64,000 nt of DNA, taken from NCBI GenBank assembly GCA_004022145.1, contig RCNU01000014.1. One strand, 5' to 3'. The notes beneath the pieces are model-generated. The model was given only the letters and a program-made list of their open reading frames with translations, ran no database searches and had not been told where the DNA came from. This stretch comes from Paecilomyces variotii. Its lineage: Eukaryota. Position 1 is the stretch's first letter. Every line of letters begins with the position of its first letter. Positions 1-12,250 of this stretch are shown one piece after another. The position numbers and the translations under genes are program-made.

Positions 1-383
1 ATCGCTCCTTGCATTCGAGCCCGATAATGAGGAGCATGCACACGGTCAGCCCGGGGCTGACCAGTTTGTCTCACAATAACTCTGGACAAGCTAGTAGAAG
101 ACAAAGCTTTCGAGAGTCGGAGGCTAGTCAGCTAAGGGCACAAGTTGCTGCGCAGTTCCAGGCTGCTCATCTGGCTGGCATCGATCCTGCGCTTCGGCCT
201 CAAGCTAGACGGATGACAGCTCCTACTTCTCACCCACGCACAGATGCCGAAAATACTCTAGAAGCAACAGGGAGCAGAAGAGTCAAGGGAAATACTGGTG
301 CATCCGCGGGTCGTCGCAAGCGCAAAGACTCCGATTCAGACTCGGAGTACCTTCCTTCGCCGGCGAAGAAGGCCCAGCGTTGA
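1..383 (+). CDS. 3' end of an unknown protein (low complexity, basic NLS-like tail), probably truncated by window edge
   Basis: Open frame ending TGA at 383 with RRKRK and PAKKAQR basic clusters, followed by T-rich 3'UTR-like sequence; no domain recognised. Confidence 0.4.
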   Translation, partial: RSLHSSPIMRSMHTVSPGLTSLSHNNSGQASRRQSFRESEASQLRAQVAAQFQAAHLAGIDPALRPQARRMTAPTSHPRTDAENTLEATGSRRVKGNTGASAGRRKRKDSDSDSEYLPSPAKKAQR

Positions 384-674
384 AGAATTCCGCTCCTTTT
401 CCAACTTCTACGGATCTTTTCTTTTTCTTTTTTTTTCCCTTTCTCCTTTTGCTTTACTTTTTTCTTCTGGGGTTTGGTGGTATTTCTTTCTATTATTCTT
501 CATGCCTTGGACTCTTCCTGACAATACCCCAAGCAAACTGACTGCACGGTCCTAGTTTGGTTTTCTTTTCATGATATCATTTCTCGGGCTTTCCTTCCAG
601 CACTGTACAAGTAGATCAATCAAATCAATATGACCTTTTAACTCCTTGAGGAAGCAGCCTCACCAAGGTTCTCC

Positions 675-1718
675 CTATTGCTTGTCAGGGATTGTAATGC
701 CGTATCTCTCGTAAGGAAAATTCTCTAGGGTGAGAAGAAGCTCTCCCCACCCATCGCCTTCCTCGCCAGGCCGTCCAGCGCCTTTCATCCTCGGTGCCTG
801 CAATTGCTCGGCCTCCTTTTCTGAATCCGATTTTTCCTCTTCCTTATGTGCACCCGTCAAACCGGCCAGGACCTCCTCTTCGCGCCCTTTGTATTCTTGT
901 AATAGCCCAGGATGCGGGCACCAGACCACTCTCATACCAGCTCGCCGACCAGCCTCGACGCCAGGAACGGCATCCTCAAAAACCAGACATTCCTCGGGTT
1001 TGACGTCCTCTTCCCCTTTCTTCCTCAGTTCCTGATTGATTGTCTCCAAGGCCAGCAGGTAGATATCAGGTAGGGGCTTCCCTCTACCCTTGCCAATACG
1101 CGGATCATCTCCCAGGACGCGTCTCGAGTCCGGAAAGACTGAGAACAAATCCGTCAGGTGATCTGTCTTCAGCTTGAAGTTCTTACTATGCGAAGAAGTT
1201 GCCAAGGCGATATATACGGGCTTATCCGTGTTCTCTGTCGAGGATAGGTTCTGCAGAAGCTCTGGAATGCCAGGGAGGGGTTTGGAGCTTGGGAAGTGCT
1301 TGGCTTGTAGGGCGGACTGCTTTTGTGCGTATTCTTCAGGAGAGATGGGAAGTTGGGCCCAGTCGTGGAATATCCGGCTGGCCTATTACTTGGAGTGGAA
1401 AGTGGTCAATGGATGTTTGCCTTGTAGAGAGTCTGGATCTAGAATGAAGTTGGGCATGTGCGGCTATAGAATATATCGTACCTCTGGCGCCGGCCGGCCT
1501 TGCAATTGAGCCTTGATCGGCCATGGGAGAGTTGGCCGTCCGTATTGTTGCAAAAGCTCGTTCGTGATGGCAGTATACTTGTCTTCCGAGTCGATAAGCA
1601 GGCCATCCATGTCGAACAGGCACGCCCGCACGCGGGGGAAGCTGCGGGGCAATCAATCAGCATGGCAGGGGAATCGGGATGATGACCGGAGATCTTACTT
1701 TTCCTTCTTAGTCGCCAT
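675..1718 (-). CDS. HAD-superfamily hydrolase (pseudouridine-5'-phosphatase/HDHD1-like)
   Basis: Spliced MATKKE|NFPRVRACLFDMDGLL (motif I DxD), GKPLPDIYL, CLVFEDAVPGVEAGRRAGM (motif IV); GT..AG introns. Confidence 0.9.
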
Positions 1719-1981
1719 TCTGAGGAATGTGGCCTGCTGGGAGTCTTGCTTAGAACTGTTAGAGTGACGAATGTCGAGGAGGAAGAACAAAACAGACTCT
1801 CTTCAGTTGCAGTATGACTGGCTTTAGATGATTGTATTTCTGCAGGGACAGGTGGGCGGGCGGGGAACCCAAAAGCGGGATGCCGAACGGAGCGAGTCGC
1901 CGACTCCGCGCTTTTTGGCCGCCAGCTCACTCGAGATCTGCTGGTCGTTTAATGAGCTTTCTATCTCGCAGCACTTAAAAG

Positions 1982-2952
1982 ATGGCGAAAGACGAAGCTG
2001 CGCCCGAGCAAAGCAAGAGCCAGAAGAATAGCCATGGGGCTGACAGTGACAGTGAAAACGAAGACGAGTTCCACGACGCACGGTTTCCTCCCGAGGAAGA
2101 AGCTGTCAGTTACGCCGTTTCTACTCCAAGTTGCATAGGACCTATATACTAACTTGAGTTGCTTGCAGAGATTGCTGCAGGAATCGCATGATGTGAAAGC
2201 TGAAGCTAACAAGCTCTTCGCGTCTGCTTGCTATGACCAAGCTATCTCAGCCTACGACCGTGCCCTTGCCTCTTGTCCGAACTATCTTGACTATGAAATC
2301 TCCGTTTTGCGAAGCAACATTGCGGCGTGCCATCTGAAGCTAGAAGACTGGAAATCAGCAGTTGATGCCGCTACGGCCAGCATTGAAGCTCTCGAGAGAT
2401 ATCTTCCGTCATCGAAACCAGGCACTGACAACGCAAAGAATGGTGGGGAGAACAAGCAGGAAGAACAAGCGGATGCGGGCGCCGTTGTGGAGCTCTCAGG
2501 AGAAGATGACGAAGCACAGAAACAACTCGAGACTTTGAAGCGGAATGATGAACAGAAAGAAAACGTGCGACGGATACGGGCGAAGGCTCTTATGCGACGC
2601 GCAAGAGCGAGGACTGAGCTGGACGGTTGGGCAAATCTACAAGGAGCGGAGGAGGATTATAAGGAACTTATCCGCATGGAGAATCTACCGCCGCAGGATA
2701 AGAAAATCGTCCAGAGGGCCCTCAGGGAACTTCCAAATAGAATAAACAAGGCCCGAGAAAAGGAGATTGGGGAGATGATGGGGAAGCTGAAGGAGGTATG
2801 TTCTTCATCCAGTTCTGTCTATCTGGACTTTTGCTGACTGGGTTTTATAGCTTGGTAACGGAATCCTAAAGCCCTTCGGTCTTTCCACTGATAACTTTAA
2901 CTTTGTCAAAGACGAAAAGACGGGCGGCTATAGCATGAACTTCCAGTCTTGA
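1982..2952 (+). CDS. Tetratricopeptide repeat protein (TTC1-like)
   Basis: EFHDARFPPEEE N-terminus, TPR helices (KAEANKLF..YDQAISAY, NIAACHLKLEDW, KALMRRARA), C-terminal LKELGNGILKPFGLSTDNF..GGYSMNF after intron 2796-2850. Confidence 0.88.
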
Positions 2953-3631
2953 TGACGGGTTCAAGCGTGGAACCGTCACAGGGCTCATGAATATTCTTCT
3001 CAAATACCCTTACCGACTATTATTAGAACGAAAATCAATTTGTGATCTATCAATCCCGACAACGCCCTGCAAGGAGGACGACATTCATATTATCCATATT
3101 ATTCCTCGCATATAGGATACAGATGCGTACTTGGCCAGATGATCTATTTACGCATACAATACACATGGGAGCATGTAGGCTAGCTTTTATATTCATGAAT
3201 AAAATTAAATATATCTCTGAAATATTGCCTGTGTACCTGTACCAAGATGATGTTCAGGAACCGTGGCCCAAGTCAGATGAAGGCGCGCTTCTGTACAGGT
3301 AGTACTGGACCATTTGGAAATCCCCCTTTCAACCTACGTAGTCTACAGGTGCCCCTGAGTATGCAGGCGAGTGATTAGCTTGCTGCAAGCAGAGTACGAG
3401 GTTTCATGGTATCCCCAAGATGCTTTTGCCTAGATTATCTATCTACTTACAAAATGGATATGCAAGGATGTAGACCAGTATTTCCTATTTATTGGGTCCT
3501 ATGTCTCCACGAATGTCCTGTTCACTTGACCAACCATAGATCCCACGAACCGTAAGCCAAGTGACCCGAAAGGATCATGGCAGGTTCCGCTGTAGAGGAT
3601 ACTTGGTACACTTGCACGCTTTCCACAGTAT

Positions 3632-4549
3632 TCATTCTCTATCGTCATCCTCATCCTTGTCCGAATCCTCCTCGGATCTTGCGCCGTCGTAGCCATGCAA
3701 CCGTTCGAACAATTCTACCTCCATTCGTTGTGCGGGAAGAGGGCCTCGGAGGATCTCGCCTACCATGTCTGAGCCTGGTGGGAAATCGAACTCCCACATG
3801 GGCTCACCAGCACCGCGCATATTGCACAGCACTGCTTGCTCAAAATGCCATCGTAGAAAGAGATCAACGACCCTTTGGGGGTGATTCTGCTGCCGGCAAC
3901 ACACATGCATGACTCTATTGTGGAACTCCCATGTGCTTGGCCGAAATGCGTGAACTCTGTAACCAGCGTTCGGATTCACGGCGATTTCATAACTATCCCA
4001 AAGTGCATGGATGTCTTGACGCAGCAGGATACCGTTTTGAGGGGAATTTACGTCCTCGGAAATGTCATAGGTGAGCTTGTTTGCAAATCCGTGGACAGTG
4101 AACAACTCAGATAGGGACCGAGGGTATATATGCGCCGCTTGAAATCCAGTCCAACTATCATATGGCGCGTCTAGAGCCCGGTTATGGGTAATTACGCACC
4201 GTCGGTCACGGTGTCTCACTTGGTCCCTGAATCTCTCCGTGCTGGCCGTACTTTCCAATGACATAGTTCTTGGGAAGTAACGTTCATTGCTGACGCTGAC
4301 TTCCTGTCCCTCGATACTTGGATGTACGACGTACCGACCATGACGAAGGACTTGTGAGGTTGGAGATATGGGGGTGGTAGACCCCCATTCACAGACATGA
4401 AATGCGTTCGGTGGTACAAAGAGCACTCGAAGCATATCCAGAAACTGTGCTCTTGTCAAGTTCCTTGCAGCACATAGTCCAGCTTGAATGGTGCCCGGTT
4501 CCGATGCTAACTCGATGAAAACATTTCTAGCAGGGGAACGGTCGCTCAT
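3632..4549 (-). CDS. Intronless fungal HNH endonuclease-domain protein (HNH_2, Crinkler-type effector-like)
   Basis: RDRRCVIT...FQAAHIYP...NSPQNGILLRQDIHALWD signature; acidic tail. Confidence 0.85.
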   Translation of the reverse strand: MSDRSPARNVFIELASEPGTIQAGLCAARNLTRAQFLDMLRVLFVPPNAFHVCEWGSTTPISPTSQVLRHGRYVVHPSIEGQEVSVSNERYFPRTMSLESTASTERFRDQVRHRDRRCVITHNRALDAPYDSWTGFQAAHIYPRSLSELFTVHGFANKLTYDISEDVNSPQNGILLRQDIHALWDSYEIAVNPNAGYRVHAFRPSTWEFHNRVMHVCCRQQNHPQRVVDLFLRWHFEQAVLCNMRGAGEPMWEFDFPPGSDMVGEILRGPLPAQRMEVELFERLHGYDGARSEEDSDKDEDDDRE

Positions 4550-6039
4550 CCTGGGAGAGCGGCAGGGTGAAGGCTTGGAGAGACAATATCCTAAGACAAC
4601 GTAAAGTCAATCTTCTCCCCATTCGAAGTGACGAAGGGACTCCGCACAATACCTTTGTCTGTCCAAGCCTGTTAACCTCATTGGGCACTTCTCCATCCAA
4701 ACTTTGAGATTGTGTAAGGTTAAAGTGGAGACGATAAAGTGAGATAAATATAAGTCCTCAATAATCTAAAACCTGAGGTCAGTAGATATTATGAGATCAT
4801 ATGTGAGTCTGAAAGGATAGTAATATCGAAGTATAGCAGACGCAATGAATACTATATACGCTTAACCATGTTTGATAGCCGTACCTTGGTTTACAGGTAA
4901 GATCCCGTGATAGTGGTAAATCATCTTTCTATCTCTGGCAGCCTAGCAACGACTATTTGATAGTTCAGCCACGCTAGGCGTCGTTGGCACAAAGAAATTT
5001 CTTCTTCGAACTTGAGTGCTTCGATATTGTCGATCGATACTATATTCCTATGGGCAATGCACGCAAGCCCACGATAATAATATAAATAGGAGCAATAAAG
5101 GTCCAAGTGATAACGAACTGTCTATAGTTTCAAGGCGGCTAATACATACTCTTAGCAGGCTAAAGCTGCATGATGCTTAGATTCAGTGGTAAGCGGAGGC
5201 TATTTATCGCTATTGATGGAGTTTGTTGCAGAGATGGTGTGGGAGAACTTCGTCAGACTGATTAGCTGGATAGGCAGTCTCCTTCATTAATAGAAAACTT
5301 CCCTGAACATTCGGGTGTGAATAACAGGGTGAGAGCGGAGGAATCCATTTTCTCCACTCGGTTTATTCCTTCTTGATAGACTCCGAGGATATGGTGAATT
5401 GCCGAGGCGAATAGTTACAGAAATAGGATCGGATTCTGTAGGTATTTGTGAGCTCTCTGTGAATTTAAACGTTTGACTCATGCACGACCCAGTTTTTATC
5501 ATACTCTACATCCCAGTGAATATCATGACACTTGCTAAGGTAACGCATACTGCTGCAGAAGAAACTAGTTTCAACCGTTTAATCATCCTCCGTTGGGGGA
5601 TTCACGGGGTACTTAGTAAGTAGAAGGAACTTTAATCATCCAGAGAGATGCTCTGGAAGCCGAAACGGAAAACATGTTGTCTCTCTTTAGGTCCTTGGTA
5701 AGTTTATTAGGGAAATTTTCCTCATAATTGTAACATTTAGATACTCAGCACCTTTGTGGGGTGTCCTCTTGTACAGGTGCGAGACTGCGAGCTTTCATCC
5801 ATCTCTCCCAGAACCCCACCACGGGAAACCCCCGCCAGGGGACCCGTCGTGAATACTGCTAGCAGAATCTGGATAACTAATAATGTGGGAGCTGACATGA
5901 GATGTTCCACTAATAAAGTCAAGCTGTTGAGGTAGAAATAGCATCTTAACAGTCCTGTGCCCGAGGTTTTACTGACACAGGTCATCCGCTACGTACTGAA
6001 GACATCTCACGTTTGACTACCCAATCCATCACTCACAAC

Positions 6040-7870
6040 ATGGCGACCCTCAGGACTACGTCGCTAGGTGAGATCCGCGGCAAAACTGCTGATGGAGTGA
6101 CTCAATACCTGGGTGTCAAATATGCCTCCTTAAGAAATAGGTTGGCAGATGCGGAATTAGTAGAGACTCGCGAAGGAGATGTCCTCGACGCGACAAAGGA
6201 CGGGTAAGAGCATAACTAGCCCAGATCATGATGCATGACTGACCATTGCTGATCATTTACAGGCCAACGGTTCCCTCTTTTCATTTTGGTTGCGATCTCG
6301 AGCAGAGCGCCATACAGCACACTCTCCCAAAGAAGGAACTTCCTCAGTCAGATCTGGATGGTCTCAATCTGAACATCGCAGTTCCTGAAGGCACAACGTC
6401 AGCTTCAAAGCTCCCCGTATTTCTATTCATCCATGGTGGTGGCTTTGCTATTGGAGCCAATTCATGGCCCCAGTTTGACTGGGCCCGACTTGTCAAGCTC
6501 TCTGCGGAGAAGGGCTTTCCTATCGTGGCCGTTTCAATGAAGTAAGACTCGAGCAAAAATGATATCCTCGACGCTTGAAATTGCTGACTGGAGTAGTTAC
6601 CGTCTAGGACCGTTTGGCTTCCTGACCTCTGAAGAGCTCCGTAAGGCTGGCTACAAGGCAAATAACGGTATTAGGGACCAGAGGGTCGCTATGCAATGGG
6701 TACAGAAACATATCTCTGATTTTGGAGGTGATCCTAACAATGTTACTCTCGCGGGAATGAGCGCAGGTGGAGGTAAGGCATTATCTATCTCGGTTGTTAG
6801 GTGGTACCAGATGGCTAATATTTTTCAGCTTCCGTCACTATCCATCTTCTCTCAGACCAGCCACTCTTTAAACGTGCCATCGCAATGAGCGGCACCTATC
6901 TCCTTCTGCCGCCTGTTGAATATAATGCCCAAGAGGAGAACTATAAGGCTGCAATTGCTGCTCTCGGATTAGAGGACAAGACAGTAGAAGAGCGAATTAA
7001 GGTGCTACTCGAGACACCAGCACAGGAAGTGATTACGAAATTGCCTCCTTCTATCGCCCTTACTCCTGCAGTTGATGGAGACCTTATTCCCTCGGGAATC
7101 AGTTTCTCTCAAACGGAGGACAGAAATTCCAAGGTCCTCAGAGCCAAGGAATGGTGTAAAGACCTGCTGATTGGCGATGCCCAGATCGACGTGAGTATTA
7201 ACCCAGATCATATGATTGATTTTGCTGCTAATAGATCGTTTCTCTAAAGGCAAGCATTACGGCATTCCTCCGCAGTGACCGCAAGACTGATGCGGCGAAG
7301 AAATTCGTATCAGCTATACGCAGCGTCCTTTCCACCTATCCACAGGAGGCAGAAGAGATACTTCAGCAATACGGCGTAAAAGAGGACATGTCCGATGATG
7401 AAGCCTTTGTCGGGGTTATCAATTTTTCCAACGACATCTCCTTCTTTGCTCCTGTATTGACATTCGTTAAGGGATGGGAGGGAAACGCCTACGTGTATTA
7501 TTTCAACGAAGGCAACCCGTGGGAGGGGCCATGGAAGGGGAGAGCTTCCCATATTGTCGACCTTGCGTATTTCTTTCAGAACTACAGGGAATTCCTCACT
7601 CCAGCGCAACAAGCCGTGGCTACGGCATTGGCAGAGGACTTTTTCAAGTTCTGTCATGGTGTGGCGCCATGGCCAGCTGTAAAGGGCGGCAACCTTGGGG
7701 GTGGCTTTGCAGCCCGCGTCTATGGTCCCAGTGACGAGAAGCCCGCTACTTCTGTTGTGACGCAGCCCTACGGCGGAGAAACCATGCGTAGAAGTATTCT
7801 GCTTGATTATGCCGATAAGATTCCATTGGACCTCTTCGTGAAGGTCTGGGATAGGTATTTCGCAGAGTAA
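6040..7870 (+). CDS. Type-B carboxylesterase (COesterase, no signal peptide)
   Basis: YLGVKYA, LNLNI, FIHGGGF oxyanion motif, NYRLGPFGF, FGGDPNNVTLAGMSAG nucleophile elbow, ASHIVD catalytic His; 4 introns. Confidence 0.9.
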
Positions 7871-8030
7871 ATAGTCATATTCGCGAGAGAAATACAATCA
7901 AACTGCCGCGCGCTCTCGGCATCCGTGTTTGGAGATCGGGCTCTTCAATGTTATACTGTTGCTCCTGGGCTCCATGGCCGATGTCTAATGTAAGTAATTG
8001 CACATTCCAGGATGCTGTTTTATTCGAGAT

Positions 8031-8847
8031 TGATAGGCCTACAGTTCAGGTAGGCCGTTGTTGGTGGTGCTGATAAGGAAAGTCGGCTTTATCCAAAAGC
8101 TATTCGGAAACCGGACGTGCTTCATGCATGAACTTAAATATGCCACGAACTCTTCTTAGACAGTAATTGGCGCAGTGAGCTGAAAATACTTCCTCATGGC
8201 TATAATCATGACCGTTGGATTTGCAATCTAGACAAGAATATCCAGTGGCAACTCCCATGTTGATGACCGACAGAAGTTGTGCCCGATGCTTATACCCGGT
8301 AACCTGCCTCTATGATGGTGCGTTATCACAACTCTGAGACTGAATCTCACTGATAGTGTGCTTAGAGACCTTCTTTAACTTGTGACACAAGCAGATGTAA
8401 TGATTTTATAACCAGAAACGTCTGACAGTTGGATACTACTGCATCATGGGATATCGGTAAGCCATGCACTGCCGTGATCGCCGCGGAGGTAGCTTTATCT
8501 CTATCACGGACACTCTACTGATAAGCGCATCAAAGAACGTGGTACCTAATTCGCTAACACCTCCGAAGACCATTTAAGGTCTCTCACTAAGCTTGATTCT
8601 GCGCCGTTATCTAAGCTTTAGAGAGCAATCAACGCTTCAACTTCCCCATTGAGAGCCGTCTAAGTCCCATCCTGTTGGTTTAGGTTATCCTCACGGTGAT
8701 AAGACCAAGCAGCGGATAGGAAGGCCTATCTCCTTACAAATGATAACTCCATATGGTCGTCGGCATCAAAGATTTATCAAGGTAGTGAAATATCGCCCGA
8801 TAGAGTATGGATATTCTGATGTTATGGATGCAGTTCCGCGTAGATAA
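8031..8847. promoter_or_regulatory. Dense HGATAR (AreA/nitrogen-repression type) cluster upstream of urea transporter
   Basis: About 14 HGATAR/YTATCD hexamers counted by eye in ~0.82 kb (e.g. TGATAA at 8071, 8519, 8697, 8741). Confidence 0.65.
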
Positions 8848-9066
8848 TACGGGGCTTAAAGATACCACTACCTGTAGTTACTGTGCCGGCAACATCATTA
8901 CATCTTCGCCAGGAGGAGTCTGCTTCTGCAGGAAACATTCTAGGCATATTGGCGAATAATTCTTTCGTTCATTGCTAGGCTCTGTCGCATGACAGTCACC
9001 TTGTTCTAGCTATACGTCCCCCGATCAGTATCGCAGGTTGCTATCTGTTGCGATCATCGACTGAGA

Positions 9067-11539
9067 ATGACGGACGGCTTCCAGGTCAGCCCGATCTTCG
9101 GGCAAGGCGTTGGATATGGCATGGTAATTGGACTGGGGGCTGCTTTCGCTGTTGGAATGTCGTTTGTTTCTTGGGCCCTGAGTCGATATTTGGACGAGGT
9201 TCAAGATTCAGAAATGTTCATGACCGCCAAACACTCTGTTAAGACAGGTCTGACTGCCTCTGCCGTTGTCTCTTCGTGGACAATCGCTGCGACGCTCTTG
9301 ACATCAACCACTGGTATGTTCTGCTGTTGGTAACTTGAAGTCTCAAGGTACTGATTGTTGAACAGAGGGTTATTCTTACGGCATATCTGGGCCTTTTTGG
9401 GTAAGATTGTATTCTCCGGGCTGTCGAAGACGCACCAACTAAACGATCATGATAGTACGCTGCAGGGGCAACTGTGCAAATCCTCCTTTTCTCTGTGGCC
9501 GCCATCGAGCTTAAGCGGAGAGCACCGAATGCGCAGACATTTCTTCAGGTGCGCGCTTAAATGATCCTCTTCCATCGCAAGACCTCTGCAGCTGACTGTA
9601 ACCAGGTCGCAAAAGTGCGATATGGAGCTCCAACGCACATACTGTTCTGTTGCTATTCTCAGTTCTATCAGATTATCACTGCGGTCAACCTCTTAGTTGG
9701 AGGTTCTGCCGTCTTTTCGAGTTTGACGGGAGTGAATCGTGAATCGCGACGCACTCTGCTTCTTATTCCCCATTGGAGTCGTAATATATACTCTCATGGG
9801 TGGCATAAAAGCGACTTTCATCACGGACTGGGTATTTCTGTCCACCCAAGGCTGATTTGGAGTGTTTTGCTGACCATTCCTTAGGTACACACCGTTGTTA
9901 TCTACGTTATCATGCTTATGTCTATCTTCGTCGTCTACACCACCTCTGATATTATCGGTTCTACAGACCGGATGTGGGACTTGCTCCAAGAAGCCGGAAG
10001 ACTACATCCAGTCCCTGGTAATGCTGAAGGAACATATTTGACAATGCGCAGCGAGAGTCAGTACCGTCATTACACCTTTTTTATCGAAAGTATCGTGTGG
10101 ACTCACTCTTGCTAGGTGGTGGTTATATTGGCCTTATCTTCGTTGGGACAGGCTTCGCAGCAGCCGTAGACTCGCAGCTTTTCCAAAAGGCAATCGCGTC
10201 AGACCCGAAGAGTACCTCAATGGGCTACATCCTGGGTGGAACCTCCTGGTTCACGATACCATTCGTCCTGGCGACCACTTATGGTCTGGCCGCTGCTGCT
10301 ACCGAGCATCTGCCTGTCTTTCCAACTTTCCCGAATCGCATGACAGAGTACGAAGTTTCGTCCGGTATGGCGATGCCATACGCAGCTATTGCCAGTTAGT
10401 TCTACTAGTTATCCAAGCGGCCGAGTCTTTGCGTGCTGACCCTATGTACAGTAATGGGAAAAGGCGGTGCTGCAGCAATTCTTTTGATGGTTTTTATGGC
10501 CGTGACCTCTGCCATGTGAGTACTTCATGTGTAGTAGCTTAGGGGTTTTGCTAACGTATTCTCCTTTAGGTCCTCTGAGACCGTCGCGACAACTGCACTT
10601 CTGACGTATAACGTATACAAAGCATACATCAACCCGAAAGCAACAGGGAGACAGATGATGAACTTTTCTAACTGGATCGTCCCCCTCTTCGCTGTTGTAT
10701 CATCCGCCATTGCTGTTGGCATGAATCATGCCGGCTTCTCTGTCGGCTTCCTCATCACTGCTATTGGAATCGTGGTGGACTCAGCCATTGTCCCGATGGC
10801 ATGTACTATCATGTGGAAGAAGCAGTCGACCGCAGCAGTTATGCTAGCCCCTATTATATCTTCCATAGCAGGTATCATTGCGTGGCTGCTGACTGCACTG
10901 CATGAGTACGGAACGATCAACATCACCACACTCCAGGGGAATCTTCCGCTCGTCGCCGGCAACATGATGTCCCTTACAGGACCCATTCTCCTCACCCCAG
11001 TGATTACTTATATCAGGCCCGAAAATTTCGACTGGGAGATATACAAGCAGATCAAGCCACCCCAGGACGAGCAAGAGACGCAAACCTCTTTGGCAGCACA
11101 AGAGCGAACACCTAGCGAGATGGAATCCACGAACGACGCTGATACGATAGGCCATGCACACGATGAAAAGGGCCTGCTGCGATCTCGAAATATAGCAATT
11201 GGAGTCAGTATCTTCTTGACTCTTTCGTATCTGATCCTGTGGCCCATCCCCATGTACGGAACCAGCTACGTCTTCTCTAAAGGCTTCTTCAAGGGCTGGA
11301 TCGTCGTTGTCTTTCTATGGGCCTTCTTTGCCGCGACTACCATCACCGTTCTGCCGATCTGGGAGGGTCGAGGCGCGATCAAGAAGTTATTTGCCTTTGT
11401 CTTCCATGGTCAGAAGACCGTCCAGGAAGTGGCTCCCATCACAGTTGGTATTGAAGTCACCGACAAAGAAGCCAGAGAATCGACAATGGAGAAGCAGGGA
11501 GAGATATTACAATCTCGAGAAGAGAAGTTTATCGGTTGA
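9067..11539 (+). pseudogene. Sodium:solute symporter, DUR3/UreA-like urea or polyamine transporter, frameshifted by a 7-bp duplication
   Basis: [58 protein letters not shown] motifs; GTGAATC tandem duplication at 9732-9745 shifts the frame. Confidence 0.85.
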
Positions 11540-12250
11540 TATATATATATTCCCGCAGTTTAGAATAGTTTATATATCGAAGTAATATGATACTCTTCGA
11601 CGCGTTTGTCATTCTAGCAATCGAAATTAAGTAGGCCGCATGACTCACTAATGGTACGAATTATCCAAGTATCCAGTCGTGGTATAGCTATACAAGTAAG
11701 TACCTAGTACATTGACTTTTTCATCTCGCAACTTACCATAGATCGCAAAGCATGCGACGGTTGTACGTCATCTCAAAGACTTTGGTTGAACCGTTGAAGA
11801 TAGATAGGGCAAAATTATATTGTCACTGTCATAGTCTTGGCTGCCTAATCGACGAAGAAAAAAAAAGAAAAAAAGAAAGGGCCTCGGCCCTGAACTTGAC
11901 CATAGATGGAAAGCCAATTGAGGCACTTACGGCTTGGCTTCTCGTCTCAGTTAGCATGGACCGAAATACACGGGCGGAACCCGAGGATCCCCCACCGATC
12001 TTTGTTCAAAGGTGGGCACAAAAAAGCATCTTGGCACATTGACGTGAATACTACCTCGATAGATAGAAGTCATCTGTACCAATTTTTTATGATTTGATGA
12101 AATGAGTCAACGCCTCTCGATATATCTGCTGGAAATGAGATGTTGACATAATATATAATTATTGCTATTCAGTCAATCATATGGTGGTGATATTAGTTGA
12201 TTAACCACTGCCTAGATGTGCGAACTGTGACTTCATTGGGTCCATTAGAT

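Noticed and set aside
4900-5500. Small ORFs upstream of the HNH gene as a partner or immunity gene
   Set aside because: Under 75 aa, non-ATG starts or no motif; cannot be supported
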